This document shows positions 17,909 to 29,000 of a DNA stretch of 64,000 nt, one piece after another (position 1 is the first letter of the stretch; the number at the start of each line of letters is the position of its first letter). The notes below the pieces were generated by a model. That model saw nothing but the letters and a program-made list of their open reading frames with translations. It had not been told where the DNA came from and made no database searches. Origin of the DNA: Bacteroidia bacterium (lineage in GTDB: Bacteria; Bacteroidota; Bacteroidia; NS11-12g; UBA9320); assembly GCA_965216465.1 (NCBI GenBank), contig CBDCFW010000001.1, forward strand, positions 192,001 through 256,000, in the 5' to 3' direction. The position numbers and the translations under genes were made by a program.

Positions 17909-18127
17909 ATGAAAAAAATACTTTTCGCATTATTCCTTACCTTTTCAATTGGTCTAACTGCTGAGGCTCAGTGCCCTATGTGTAAGACTGCAGTTGAGAG
18001 TGGAATGGAAGACGGTCATTCTAAAGGAAAAGGACTAAACGATGGTATTCTCTACTTACTTGCAACTCCATACATCGCAGTTGCTGTTATTGGAGGAGTG
18101 TGGTACCGCAAAAACAAAAGACAGTAA
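17909..18127 (+). CDS. Small exported/membrane CxxC protein (72 aa), hypothetical
   Basis: Signal peptide MKKILF...AEA, then QCPMCK, GLNDGILYLL and a C-terminal TM with basic tail. Confidence 0.75.
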   Translation: MKKILFALFLTFSIGLTAEAQCPMCKTAVESGMEDGHSKGKGLNDGILYLLATPYIAVAVIGGVWYRKNKRQ

Positions 18128-18129
18128 CC

Positions 18130-18516
18130 ATGAGCGGACTTTCAGCCTTTGCGAGTGGTAAATGCCCTCAATGCAGGGATGGTAAGGTTTTTAAACACTC
18201 GCTTCTTAAAATCTCAAAATTTAAGGTTATGAATGAGCACTGCCCATCGTGTGGTGTAAAATTTGAATCAGAACCAGGCTTCTTTTGGGGAGCAATGTAT
18301 TTCAGCTATGCGTTAAATGTAGCTATGTTCATCATTATTGGAGCTTTATTTTTTATGATAAGCGACGATGTTAATCTTGGCTTACTCATTGGTACAATGG
18401 CAGTTGTATCGATTGCTGTATCTCCAATTTCGTTTCGATTGAGCAGAATGCTCATGATGTATCTTACTGCTCCTTATAGAAAGTTCAGATCAGGAGCAAA
18501 AAAAATCGGGAAGTAA
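18130..18516 (+). CDS. DUF983 family protein
   Basis: KCPQCRDG...CPSCG..FESEPGFFWGAMYFSY, two TMs. Confidence 0.85.
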   Translation: MSGLSAFASGKCPQCRDGKVFKHSLLKISKFKVMNEHCPSCGVKFESEPGFFWGAMYFSYALNVAMFIIIGALFFMISDDVNLGLLIGTMAVVSIAVSPISFRLSRMLMMYLTAPYRKFRSGAKKIGK

Positions 18517-18532
18517 ATACTCCCCGACTTTT
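18498..18532 (-). terminator. Intrinsic terminator of recA
   Basis: Minus strand TCGGGGAGTA-tt-TACTTCCCGA followed by T8, between convergent genes. Confidence 0.65.
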
Positions 18533-18549
18533 AAAAAGTTTTTCCCTAA

Positions 18550-19581
18550 TTATTCTGCAGCTGCTTGAGGAACTTCCTCTACTACCCCATTAATTTCATT
18601 GAAAATTTTCTCTTCAATTTCTTCCATAAGTTCAGGATTGTCTTTGAGCAAGTTTTTCACTGAGTCTCGTCCTTGGCCTAATCGTGTTTCACCATAGCTA
18701 AACCAGCTACCGCTTTTCTGAATAACATTGTTTTCTACTCCAAGGTCAATGATTTCTCCTACTTTAGAAATTCCTTCTCCGTACATAATATCGAATTCGA
18801 CAACTCTGAATGGAGGAGCCACCTTATTTTTGGCTACTTTAACCTTCACGCGGTTTCCGATTATATCTACACCATCTTTAATACTTCCAATTCTTCTGAT
18901 ATCCAATCGAACTGATGCATAAAACTTAAGTGCATTACCGCCGGTAGTTGTTTCAGGATTTCCGAACATCACACCAATCTTTTCTCTAAGCTGATTAATG
19001 AATATGCAAATACATCCGGTTTTGTTAATTGTTCCTGTAAGCTTTCTAAGTGCTTGAGACATCAAGCGAGCGTGCAATCCCATTTTAGAATCACCCATGT
19101 CGCCTTCTAATTCAGCTCTAGGCACCAAAGCAGCAACAGAGTCAATCACAATGACATCAATTGCCCCAGATCGAATCAAATTATCTGCAATTTCCAAAGC
19201 TTGCTCTCCATCGTCGGGTTGTGAGATTAACAATTCATTGGTATCAATTCCAATTTTCTCACCGTAAAACTTATCAAAAGCATGCTCAGCATCAATAAAT
19301 GCACAAATACCTCCTTTGCGTTGTGCTTCAGCAATACAATGCATCGCCAACGTTGTTTTACCTGATGACTCAGGACCGTATATTTCTATGACTCTTCCGC
19401 GTGGGAAGCCACCTACTCCAAGACCGATATCTAAGCCCAATGACCCTGTAGATATTGCATCTACCTTCTCAACGTTCTCATCATCCATCTTCATTACCAC
19501 ACCTTTACCATAAGACTTTTCTAACTTGTCGATGGTAAGCTTGAGGGCTTTTAATTTTTCTGCGTTTTCGTTCTTTGACAT
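18550..19581 (-). CDS. recA: Recombinase RecA
   Basis: [47 protein letters not shown]. Confidence 0.99.
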   Translation of the reverse strand: MSKNENAEKLKALKLTIDKLEKSYGKGVVMKMDDENVEKVDAISTGSLGLDIGLGVGGFPRGRVIEIYGPESSGKTTLAMHCIAEAQRKGGICAFIDAEHAFDKFYGEKIGIDTNELLISQPDDGEQALEIADNLIRSGAIDVIVIDSVAALVPRAELEGDMGDSKMGLHARLMSQALRKLTGTINKTGCICIFINQLREKIGVMFGNPETTTGGNALKFYASVRLDIRRIGSIKDGVDIIGNRVKVKVAKNKVAPPFRVVEFDIMYGEGISKVGEIIDLGVENNVIQKSGSWFSYGETRLGQGRDSVKNLLKDNPELMEEIEEKIFNEINGVVEEVPQAAAE

Positions 19582-19605
19582 TATTATTATCTAACCTGTT
19601 TTATC

Positions 19606-19613
19606 CAAATATA
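19606..19613 (-). promoter_or_regulatory. -7 promoter box (TATATTTG) for recA
   Basis: Reverse complement of caaatata, 24 nt upstream of the recA ATG. Confidence 0.6.
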
Positions 19614-19732
19614 TAGAATTGGATGAAGTAATCAAAGCTTTGGAAAAGGTGTTGATATAATAAGCTTTTGCACCATAAACTTATACTATCATCCATCTAT
19701 TTTCGTTGGACATTAAACGCATTTCAGTCGCA

Positions 19733-21343
19733 TTGAAAAGATTACTAACACTGCATATTGGCATTCTTTGCTCTCTTGTTGTATTCAGTCAGAACACATC
19801 AACTGACAGTACAGATTTAGGTGATTATACCATCAACACCAAGTATAAACCCGATGTTGCAGAGTCGCATAAAATTGATTTAGAGCCTGCGCTTGAAGAC
19901 CCAAAGGTTGACCCACCTACCTTTAAATACAGGTTCCCTACTGTGGCCTACAAGCCTAAAGCTGTGTATTCCCCTATAGATCCTGTGTTCATTAAGCCCG
20001 AACAACCCGAAGACTATTTCGACAACTACATCGAAATTGGCGGAGGTAATTACTTAACTTCCTATGTTGATGCTAGCATTCATAACACCCGCGACAAGTA
20101 TTATACTTATGGCCTTCGTCTAAAGCATCATGCTGCCAGTGCTTCAAAAAATCCAAATCAAGGATTATTTAGCCAAAATCGCGTTACGGCATTCGGAACA
20201 CGTGAAAAAGGAAATGACCTTACCGGAGAAATTGACTACCAGCGTAATGTGGTGCATTACTACGGATACACAGATACTCCTAGCTTAGAGCTGAACGACA
20301 TCAATCAGATTTATAACGATGTGAACGCCAGTGCTGTGTGGTCATTTAAAAAGAGAAAAATAACGAGCGACCTTGGTTTTGCATTTAACCTGTTTGATGT
20401 TCTTGGTGAATTTGAAAATACGTACAATGTTTACTCCGACAACCAATTCAAACTGGGGAAAGACTATCTGCATATTGATGTTGGAGCTACCTATACGCGT
20501 TTAACGGAAAAAGCGAACTACAACCGATTATTTCTTGATATTAATCCGCATTACGAGTTTAAGTACAAGAAGTATCTCTTGAACATTGGAGCTATGATCA
20601 ATTACTTCAACGACTCAAATTCAAACCTTCTCTATTTTGCTCCATTCTTAAAGGCAGAAACCTATTTGGTTCCAGATCGCTTGAGACTTTATGCTGGAAT
20701 TACCGGTGGTTTGAATCAAAATACATTACGTAGCCTTTCCTATGAAAATATGTTTTTGGCATATGAATCACAATACAACAATCCTAGAACGTTATTCAAT
20801 GCTTATGTTGGAATGAATGGTAACTTTAAACGATTTGTGGAATATGGTATCAAAATTCAACAAGAAGCCATTCGTGATCAGTACTTCTTCGTAAATGACA
20901 CTTCCCGCTTAAGAAACTTTACAACGGTTTACGATAATATTGGAAGATTTACTTTTTCAGGAGAGATGAAATTTGATGTAAATCAAAATGTTGACATTGG
21001 ATTTAGAGGAAACTTTTATGCGTACTCTACCACAAATGAAAAAGAAGCCTGGCATATGCCAACTTACGATGCCGCATTGTTTGCAACTGTACGCATTGCA
21101 GATAAGATTTATGTGCGTGGAGGCTACTTTGCTACAAGTACAAGATTTGCACGTGACCTTGCAGGAAACCAATTTAGTTTAGCAGCAATTAACGACATTA
21201 ACGTAGGTGCTGAATACCGCTATAAAAAGAACATCTCAGGATTCATAAATGTGAACAATATCCTGAACCAACGATACGAATTGTGGAAGTTCTACAACGC
21301 CCAAGGACTAAACGTTTTGGCTGGGGTTACTTTTTCTTTATAG
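19733..21343 (+). CDS. Outer-membrane beta-barrel protein (TonB-dependent receptor-like, short)
   Basis: Signal peptide MKRLL...VFS from TTG 19733 (TATTTTCG box at 19698-19705), alternating aromatic beta-strands, C-terminal NNILNQRY...GVTFSL. Confidence 0.7.
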   Translation: MKRLLTLHIGILCSLVVFSQNTSTDSTDLGDYTINTKYKPDVAESHKIDLEPALEDPKVDPPTFKYRFPTVAYKPKAVYSPIDPVFIKPEQPEDYFDNYIEIGGGNYLTSYVDASIHNTRDKYYTYGLRLKHHAASASKNPNQGLFSQNRVTAFGTREKGNDLTGEIDYQRNVVHYYGYTDTPSLELNDINQIYNDVNASAVWSFKKRKITSDLGFAFNLFDVLGEFENTYNVYSDNQFKLGKDYLHIDVGATYTRLTEKANYNRLFLDINPHYEFKYKKYLLNIGAMINYFNDSNSNLLYFAPFLKAETYLVPDRLRLYAGITGGLNQNTLRSLSYENMFLAYESQYNNPRTLFNAYVGMNGNFKRFVEYGIKIQQEAIRDQYFFVNDTSRLRNFTTVYDNIGRFTFSGEMKFDVNQNVDIGFRGNFYAYSTTNEKEAWHMPTYDAALFATVRIADKIYVRGGYFATSTRFARDLAGNQFSLAAINDINVGAEYRYKKNISGFINVNNILNQRYELWKFYNAQGLNVLAGVTFSL

Positions 21344-21385
21344 TTCGTAAAGAATTAAACTCCGTTTTGTTAATATTGCAATAGA

Positions 21386-22363
21386 ATGAATTTAGCGAAC
21401 GACATAGCTTTTTTACTTTATAAGCACAACTGTGTAATCGTACCTGAATTGGGTGCTTTTCTTGTTAATGAAAAGCCAGCTGAACTCAATACGACTGCCA
21501 AGTATGCTTCTCCTAAACAGCGTGCTGTATCGTTCAATGAGCAAATTCAAAATAACGATGGGTTATTAGCCAATCAAATTGCATCTTCACGAAACATGAG
21601 TTATGAAGACGGAATGGTTTCTATTAAATCGTACGTTGAACAGCTCAAAACCAAGCTGAGTGAAAATAAAAATGTTGAGCTATCAGAAATCGGAACATTT
21701 TATCGAACTGATGAAGGCAAACTGATTTTTGTACCTTACCACACGGTTAATTTTTCACTAGACTCGTTTGGTTTACCTAAGCTTCGTTTAAAAACACTAG
21801 AAAAGCCTGTTGAGGTTAGTAAACAACCAGAAATTGCTAAGCAACCTGTTGTAAGTGTTAGATCTAAACCAGTTGAAAAGAAAATCGAACAGCAGGAAAA
21901 ACGTAGACAAAGCAAGGCTCCTAAACAAAAAAGAAGAACATCAAATTTATCAATAGTCAATGTATTGGGTTCATTCTTTCTGATCGGAATGTTTTTCGCT
22001 TTGTTAAACTTTGAACTTAATACAAATTCAGGAGCGGCATTTGACCAGAATTATGCTAGTATCTTAGATACACCAACCGTGGTGGATGATTCTGATTCTC
22101 ACCAAGCTTCTATTGATACTCAAGACGAAAAGCCATTATTCACGCTCTTCGAAATCTGCACTGAAGACATTTTAAGTTTGGAAGAGGCAGAAACCCTTAG
22201 AAGTGAGCTTATTGGGAAATATGCTCAAGCTCAAATACAAAAAAATGAGAATGGATCGTATCACGTATCCATTATTTCCTTCAGCAACGAAGGTTTGGCC
22301 CATGAATACATGGACCTAATCCAAAATAGAATAACACAACAACTATTTATCAATACAAAATAA
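21386..22363 (+). CDS. HU-CCDC81/SPOR domain protein
   Basis: LLYKHNCVIVPELGAF, SFNEQIQNNDGLL, SFGL motifs; single TM; C-terminal SPOR-like domain. Confidence 0.8.
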   Translation: MNLANDIAFLLYKHNCVIVPELGAFLVNEKPAELNTTAKYASPKQRAVSFNEQIQNNDGLLANQIASSRNMSYEDGMVSIKSYVEQLKTKLSENKNVELSEIGTFYRTDEGKLIFVPYHTVNFSLDSFGLPKLRLKTLEKPVEVSKQPEIAKQPVVSVRSKPVEKKIEQQEKRRQSKAPKQKRRTSNLSIVNVLGSFFLIGMFFALLNFELNTNSGAAFDQNYASILDTPTVVDDSDSHQASIDTQDEKPLFTLFEICTEDILSLEEAETLRSELIGKYAQAQIQKNENGSYHVSIISFSNEGLAHEYMDLIQNRITQQLFINTK

Positions 22364-22364
22364 T

Positions 22365-23057
22365 ATGTCTATACTACTTCAACTAGTAGAAGGAGGAACA
22401 GCTGTAACTGACTCATTATCTTCTGCATCTGGTGAGTCTACCATGAACGTTTTAAATCTTGTAATTAAGGGAGGTGTCGTAATGATTCCTATCGGAATCT
22501 TGTTACTAATAGCAATTTACCTGACTATAGAACGTTATTTATCTATTAAGAAAGCTGGTGTAATGGACGACAAATTCATGAGTGGCATCAAAGAAATGGT
22601 ATTGGATGGAGACATTAAAGGTGCTCAACGTCTTTGCCACGATCGCGGTACTCCTATCGGTCTTATGATTGAGAAAGGACTGTCGAGAATTGGTAAACCT
22701 TTGAAAGATATTAGCGTTGCTGTAGAGAACGTTGGTAAACTTGAAGTTTATAAGCTAGAAAAAGGAATGCCTGTATTAGCGACTATTGCCGGTGCTGCTC
22801 CAATGCTCGGATTCTTAGGAACAGTAACGGGTATGATTAGAACATTCTTCCAACTTCAAGATAGTGGCCAACAAATTACTGCTAACCTTTTAAGTGGAGG
22901 TATTGGTGAAGCGATGATGACCACAGTAGCTGGTCTTGTTGTTGGTATCTTTGCTTATATGGCATACAACCTACTATCAGCCTTGATAAACAAGGTAGTT
23001 TATAAAATGGAAGCAACTTCGGTTGAATTCCTAGATATCTTACACGAACCTGCATAA
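22365..23057 (+). CDS. exbB: MotA/TolQ/ExbB proton channel protein
   Basis: LATIAGAAPMLGFLGTVTGM, GGIGEAMMTTVAGL. Confidence 0.9.
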   Translation: MSILLQLVEGGTAVTDSLSSASGESTMNVLNLVIKGGVVMIPIGILLLIAIYLTIERYLSIKKAGVMDDKFMSGIKEMVLDGDIKGAQRLCHDRGTPIGLMIEKGLSRIGKPLKDISVAVENVGKLEVYKLEKGMPVLATIAGAAPMLGFLGTVTGMIRTFFQLQDSGQQITANLLSGGIGEAMMTTVAGLVVGIFAYMAYNLLSALINKVVYKMEATSVEFLDILHEPA

Positions 23058-23059
23058 TT

Positions 23060-23458
23060 ATGGATTTAAGACCAAAAAGTAGAGTATCAACTGAGTTTAA
23101 CATGTCGAGTATGACCGACATTGTTTTCTTGTTGCTTATTTTCTTCATTATTATCAGTTCAGTTGTGAAAGATCCTGCACTTAAACTGATCTTGCCAAAG
23201 GGTGTTAATAACGTAAATGTAGTTAACAAGGTAATTCGAATCGGAATTGAAGAAGACTTAACTTATTCAATAGATGGAAAAAATGTTTCGCTTTCTCGTT
23301 TACCTTCTGAGCTTCAAGCGGTATTAAATACTAGTCCAAATGCAACCGTAAGCATACACGGAGATAAGAATATCAAGTATGATAACGTTATGGAGATAGT
23401 TATGATCGCCGATAAGGCAAATGCAAAGGTGGTTTTAGCACTAGACGGAACTAAATAA
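23060..23458 (+). CDS. exbD: Biopolymer transporter ExbD/TolR
   Basis: MSSMTDIVFLLLIFF. Confidence 0.92.
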   Translation: MDLRPKSRVSTEFNMSSMTDIVFLLLIFFIIISSVVKDPALKLILPKGVNNVNVVNKVIRIGIEEDLTYSIDGKNVSLSRLPSELQAVLNTSPNATVSIHGDKNIKYDNVMEIVMIADKANAKVVLALDGTK

Positions 23459-23466
23459 ATTGAATC

Positions 23467-24252
23467 ATGGAAATATTAAAAAGAGACGAAGATAGAAAGG
23501 CCTTAGGAGGAACAATAATTGTTGCAGTCCTACTCTTCTTACTGCTTTTTTTAATGTTGGTGGGCAACTCGCAAACTCCAGATGAAATGGCACCTGGAGG
23601 TGTTACAATTAGCCTAGGAGAACCTGATCAAGGTGGTGAAGACAACAGTACAGCTAAACAAGAAGAATTTGTTGAACAGGTTGAAGAAGAGTATACTCCA
23701 GAAAATCAGCTAACCAGTGATGTAGAAGAAGCTCCAGCTGTTCAAGAAACGCCTCCAACAAATAATACAACCAAACCAAATACTACTAAACCGAAAGAAA
23801 CTACGACTCCTAAGGAAGAACAAAAGCCTAATCAACGTGATTTATTTGGTAGCTCAAAATCTGGAGGAGGTTCAAATGGTGGAACTACCGGTGGTGATAA
23901 AGGAGATAAAGACGGTACACCTGATGGAAGTCCAGACGGTCAGGGGAAAGGTGATTCAGGCGAAGGTATCGATTTAGGTGGTGGCATGTTCGGAGGTATT
24001 GGCGGATTTAAGGTTGCACATAAAGTTACTCCACGATCTGGCTCTCAAGAGTCAGGAGTTGTAAAACTACAAGTTTGCGTTGACGCTAGTGGACGTGTAC
24101 TACCCCATAAAATTAAGGTTCTTAGAGGAACCACAGGCGGTAGCGATCTCCAAAATAGATCGATAGAAGCCTTGAAAAAATTTAGATTTCAAAACACCAG
24201 TGGATCTAGCGGTGGCTGTGGTTACATCAGCTTCACATTTAAACTGAATTAA
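23467..24252 (+). CDS. tonB: Energy transducer TonB-like protein
   Basis: N-terminal TM, P/T/E-rich linker, Gly-rich stretch, TonB-C-like domain (GVVKLQVCVDASG...GYISFTF). Confidence 0.75.
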   Translation: MEILKRDEDRKALGGTIIVAVLLFLLLFLMLVGNSQTPDEMAPGGVTISLGEPDQGGEDNSTAKQEEFVEQVEEEYTPENQLTSDVEEAPAVQETPPTNNTTKPNTTKPKETTTPKEEQKPNQRDLFGSSKSGGGSNGGTTGGDKGDKDGTPDGSPDGQGKGDSGEGIDLGGGMFGGIGGFKVAHKVTPRSGSQESGVVKLQVCVDASGRVLPHKIKVLRGTTGGSDLQNRSIEALKKFRFQNTSGSSGGCGYISFTFKLN

Positions 24253-24258
24253 TACGAC

Positions 24259-25515
24259 TTGACCTACGAGCAAACGCTTGACTTTCTTTTCACAAAGCTA
24301 CCCATGTATCAACGCATTGGTAAACAAGCTTTTAAGAAAGATTTAACCAATATTACAAAACTGTGTAATGCCTTAGGCAACCCACATGACAAGTTCAAAT
24401 CCATTCACATTGCTGGAACCAACGGCAAAGGTTCAACTTCTCATATTCTATCGGCTATTTACCAACAAAATGGGTATAAAGTAGGGATGTACACCTCACC
24501 TCATCTGGTTGACTTTAGAGAGCGAATCAAGGTTAATGGTCAGCTATGCAGCCAAGAATTTGTAATTTCATTTGTAGATTCGATTTCTAACTTGATAGAG
24601 ACCATAGAGCCCTCATTTTTTGAGATTACGGTAGCAATGGCCTTTCATTATTTCGCCGAAGAACAGGTGGATGTAGCAATTATCGAGACAGGGTTGGGAG
24701 GCAGATTAGACTCGACAAACATTATAACCCCATTGTGCAGTGTGATAACATCTATTGGCTTTGATCATATGGACATGCTGGGTAATACACTAGAAGCAAT
24801 TGCTGGTGAGAAAGCAGGAATCATTAAACCCAATATTCCAGTTGTAGTTGGTGACCTACCTGACGAAGCACTCCATGTTGTACAAGAAAGAGCTAAAACC
24901 CAAAACGCTTCACTTACGAAAGCTAGTTTAACGAACCATGAAACGGATCTCTTGGGTGCGTACCAACAAGCGAATATCGCAATTGCTGTGCATGTAACAA
25001 GCGTATTAGACCAACAGCTTCCTACAAAAACAGAAGAAATAAAAACCGCTCTACTTAATGTAAGCAAATTATCAAATTTCGAAGGACGATGGCAAGTGAT
25101 TAATAACACACCCCCCTCTCCTACAGTGATTTGCGATGTTGGACATAACGAAGAAGGATTTAGATTGATTGCTGACCAATTGAAGTCGTTGAACAAAAAA
25201 ATTCATTATGTTTTGGGATTTGTATCCGATAAAAAACTGGATCAATTAATTCCTCTTCTACCCCAAGCTATATCGTATCACTTTGTTAGACCTGAAGTTA
25301 TTCGCGGTATGGATGTTGAAACCGTTCATAAGCACTTTTTGGAACACGGAATAAAGGGTACGACTCATGAAAAGCTATACCTTGCCCTCAAAACAGTGGT
25401 AGATCATGTTATTGCACAAAACGACAGTGAAGATTCAGTTGTTTTTGTTGGAGGGAGCAACTTCGTGGTTGCAGATTTACTACATTTGAAGGCTAAACAA
25501 GAACTCCCTTTTTAA
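24259..25515 (+). CDS. folC: Folylpolyglutamate synthase/dihydrofolate synthase
   Basis: HIAGTNGKGS, TSPHL, ETGLGGRLDSTN, EKAGIIK, DVGHN. Confidence 0.96.
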   Translation: MTYEQTLDFLFTKLPMYQRIGKQAFKKDLTNITKLCNALGNPHDKFKSIHIAGTNGKGSTSHILSAIYQQNGYKVGMYTSPHLVDFRERIKVNGQLCSQEFVISFVDSISNLIETIEPSFFEITVAMAFHYFAEEQVDVAIIETGLGGRLDSTNIITPLCSVITSIGFDHMDMLGNTLEAIAGEKAGIIKPNIPVVVGDLPDEALHVVQERAKTQNASLTKASLTNHETDLLGAYQQANIAIAVHVTSVLDQQLPTKTEEIKTALLNVSKLSNFEGRWQVINNTPPSPTVICDVGHNEEGFRLIADQLKSLNKKIHYVLGFVSDKKLDQLIPLLPQAISYHFVRPEVIRGMDVETVHKHFLEHGIKGTTHEKLYLALKTVVDHVIAQNDSEDSVVFVGGSNFVVADLLHLKAKQELPF

Positions 25516-25516
25516 C

Positions 25517-26008
25517 TTGGAGACAATCGAAATATACACCGACGGCAGCTCGCTTGGAAACCCTGGTCCAGGTGGATATGGTATTGTCTTAAAATACAAA
25601 GGAGTAAAAAAAACTGCAAGCAAAGGCTATCGCAAAACAACCAATAATAGAATGGAACTTAGAGCGGTTATTGAAGCTTTAAAGTTGCTAAACATTAACG
25701 CTCGCGATAAAAAAATCAAGATCTATTCCGACTCCAAATACGTAATCGATGCCATTGAAAAAGGATGGGTTTACAGTTGGCATCGTAAGAACTACAAAGA
25801 CAAAAAGAACGCTGATTTATGGCGATTGTTTATGCAGTTCTACCAAGGATATGACATTTCATTTGAGTGGGTTAAAGGTCATAGCGGGGTTCCCGAGAAT
25901 GAAGAGTGCGATAAGCTGGCAAAAAAGGCTGCAGGTGCCAAAAAACTAGCTATTGACAATGGCTATGAAGCTCAATCACGATCAGATACAACGGATAAGC
26001 TGTTTTAA
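25517..26008 (+). CDS. rnhA: Ribonuclease HI
   Basis: YTDGSSLGNPGPGG, TTNNRMEL, DSKYV, WVKGH..NEECD. Confidence 0.97.
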   Translation: METIEIYTDGSSLGNPGPGGYGIVLKYKGVKKTASKGYRKTTNNRMELRAVIEALKLLNINARDKKIKIYSDSKYVIDAIEKGWVYSWHRKNYKDKKNADLWRLFMQFYQGYDISFEWVKGHSGVPENEECDKLAKKAAGAKKLAIDNGYEAQSRSDTTDKLF

Positions 26009-26020
26009 ACGTCTTAATAG

Positions 26021-26028
26021 TATCTTTG
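26021..26028 (+). promoter_or_regulatory. -7 promoter box (TATCTTTG)
   Basis: Exact consensus 13 nt before GTG 26042. Confidence 0.65.
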
Positions 26029-26041
26029 TCAACTGACTAAC

Positions 26042-29000
26042 GTGAAAGCTATAAAGGCTATATCGCTGATCTATTTACTTTGCTTGGTTCATCTATCCTT
26101 TGGCCAGGTAAATGCTGATTTTTCAAGCGATTCAACTTCTGGCTGTGCACCGGTTACCATCAACTTTGAAGATAATAGTTCTGGCTCTAATTTGAGGTAC
26201 CTCTGGTCATTTGGCAACGGTAACATTTCAACAAAGCAAAATCCTTCTGCTATTTACTACCTTCCAGGGAAGTATACCGTTAGTTTGACCGTCACCGATC
26301 AAACCGGAACTAAATCAACCAAAACAGCAACGCAGTACATTACAGTATTTAAGAATCCTGAAGCTTTATTTTCGGGATCTCCACTAAAAGGTTGCAACCC
26401 GCTTCCAGTAAGCTTTGATCCCAATGTTAATTTAGGTGACACTGCAATTCGTGAATTCTTTTGGGATTTTGGTGATGGAAAAACATTAAAGCAAGACAGC
26501 CCCAATCACAGCTTTAACAACATTGGAAAGTATAATGTCTCGTTGCTTATAACCGACTACAATGGCTGTCAATCTAAACTGATAAAACGAAACTACATTG
26601 AGGTGATTCGAACACCTGAAGTAGACTTCGAAGTAGATAAGAATTTCTCATGCGATGCACCGTTTACCGTCCAGTTTACGGATAAATCGAAGAAAACACT
26701 TAACACAGATATTTACGAATGGGATTTTGGGGATGGTAATAAAAGCTCTGCACGAAATCCTTCTCATACCTATACAGCCAAAGGGCGATACACGGTAACG
26801 CTTACAATAAAAGCTGGAAACGGATGTGCTCCTGCCAAAATCAAAACGAACTTGATTAAAATTGGGGCCATAGTCCCAGATTTTGTCGTCGATAAGACTA
26901 AAATATGCAACCCCGATGAGGTCAACTTCACCACGACAACTTCTCCCCCAGGCTTAAAAACTTCTTGGGATTTTGGCGATGGATCAACTGGAGAGGGACC
27001 TTCTCCTGTACACACCTACGATACTGAAGGAAGCTATAATGTGACCATCTATGTCGAACAAAATTCAACATGTAAAGATTCGCTTACCAAATACAATTTC
27101 ATTACCGTAGTTAAGCCTCCGATTGCAGAATTTACCATTGACGATACCTTCTCTTGCAAGCTTCCTCATATTGTTTATACTCCTAGTAAAAGTAAACATC
27201 ACGTAAGACAAGAGTGGTATGTAAATGATAGCCTTTTTTCTAAAGAACAACATGGTTCGCTTGTAATAACCGAATATGGAACCTACGACTACAGACTTAA
27301 AGCCTATAACAGTTTTGGATGCGTTGACGAGGAGTTTATCCAAATTCGAGTGAACTCATTAGATGTAGAGCTTTCTAGTGACAAAATTGAAGGCTGCGTG
27401 CCGCTTACGGTTAATTTTAAAGACATTTCAACCCATGGGCAATCGGTTAGTGCAAAGTCCTGGAACTACGGTGATGGAACAATAGCAAACTTGAATACCG
27501 ATTCAACTACTCAAACCTTTACCGATACAGGAGTTTACGTCGTGACCCTTGAAGTTACTACAGCAGATGGATGCAGCGGTGAAGCCAGCCTAGAAATCAA
27601 AGTTGGGCAAAAAACAAATCCAGACTTTTCAGTAAATAAAGACACCTTCTGTAACAATGAAGAATTGGTAATCTACAACGAAACAGAGTTATTCAACCCA
27701 AAAGTTGAACGCATCCTATGGAATATTTTTTCTGACTCGAGTGACTTGCATGATTTTAAGGATTCAACTGAAAACCTGCCAGAAGAAAAAAATTATGACG
27801 AATGGCTTGATCGAGACTCTGGCTCATATCACATTGGTTTAATTGCCATTCGCAACGGATGCAGAGACACTACAATAAAATACGATGAGTTTTACATTCA
27901 TCCACCTTGGACCAACATCAACATGCTTCCTTATGACAGTTGTTTTGGTGATACGGTCTACTTTGTAAATGAATCAAAAGGGTACGATAGTCTAATCTGG
28001 GGCATTTATCCCGCTAAAATACCATCGTACGCAAGCACGGGTGACACCATTATGATTACCCGACAAAAGCACGGAACCACAGGTGTAACGTTAACAACTT
28101 CTAACTCTATTTCAAAATGCAGCCACTTCAAAGCGGCCCGTATTGAATTTGGTGAGCTCTTTGAACCTGACTTTGAATACGTTGGAGACCCTTGTGCCCC
28201 GGCTAACATGGTTTTTTCTGCTATAAAAGGTGATAGCCTTAAGCAAGATTATGAATACTATTGGACCGCAGATGGAGAGTACATAGGTTATGGTGGTAGC
28301 ATGTATATGGGCTTCGAACAGCCTGGAAGTCACACTGTTCAATTAAAAATGGTTCAAGATGTATCGGGTTGTGCAGATACTATTTCTAAGGCAGTAGCAG
28401 TAACTGGGCCAACCATTGAAGGTGAATTGACCTATACCGGTAGCTGTCCTCCTTTGGCACTTGAGCTCAAGTGTACTACAGACCCGTCGCAATACGACTC
28501 AGTTTATTGGGACCTTGGAGATCGCAAGGTGATGGTTACTTCGACTGCAACACTGTACGACTCACTATTTAAACCTGGAGCCGATACTGGCTATCATGAT
28601 GTTCGTTTAGTTGCTATTGATACGAACGGTTGTTCAGCGTACGAAAGTTTCCCTGTGTTTGTAGATGGTCCAGCCACCGCACACATTAAAACAAGAAGGT
28701 TTAGAGGCTGTAACGGAAACCAGTTTATCTTTAATGCAGAAACCCCAGGTTTCGACCCATCGGATTTTGAGTTTTTATGGGACCTAGGTAATGGCGACAC
28801 AAGCACACTTCAAAATGTAAATATCTACTACCCAGTTGATAGCACCTACCATATTACCTTAAAAATTAAGGATGAAAATGGCTGTGTTTCGACGTACAAT
28901 GAGACGATAATAATTGAACAAGAAAAGTTATATGCCAACTTTGAAGCTGATAGTATTGCCACCGATTGCCCACCCCTATTTGTTCAGTTTAAGAATAAAA

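Noticed and set aside
23860-24010. GGA/GGT-rich repetitive DNA
   Set aside because: Encodes the Gly-rich linker typical of Bacteroidota TonB-like proteins.
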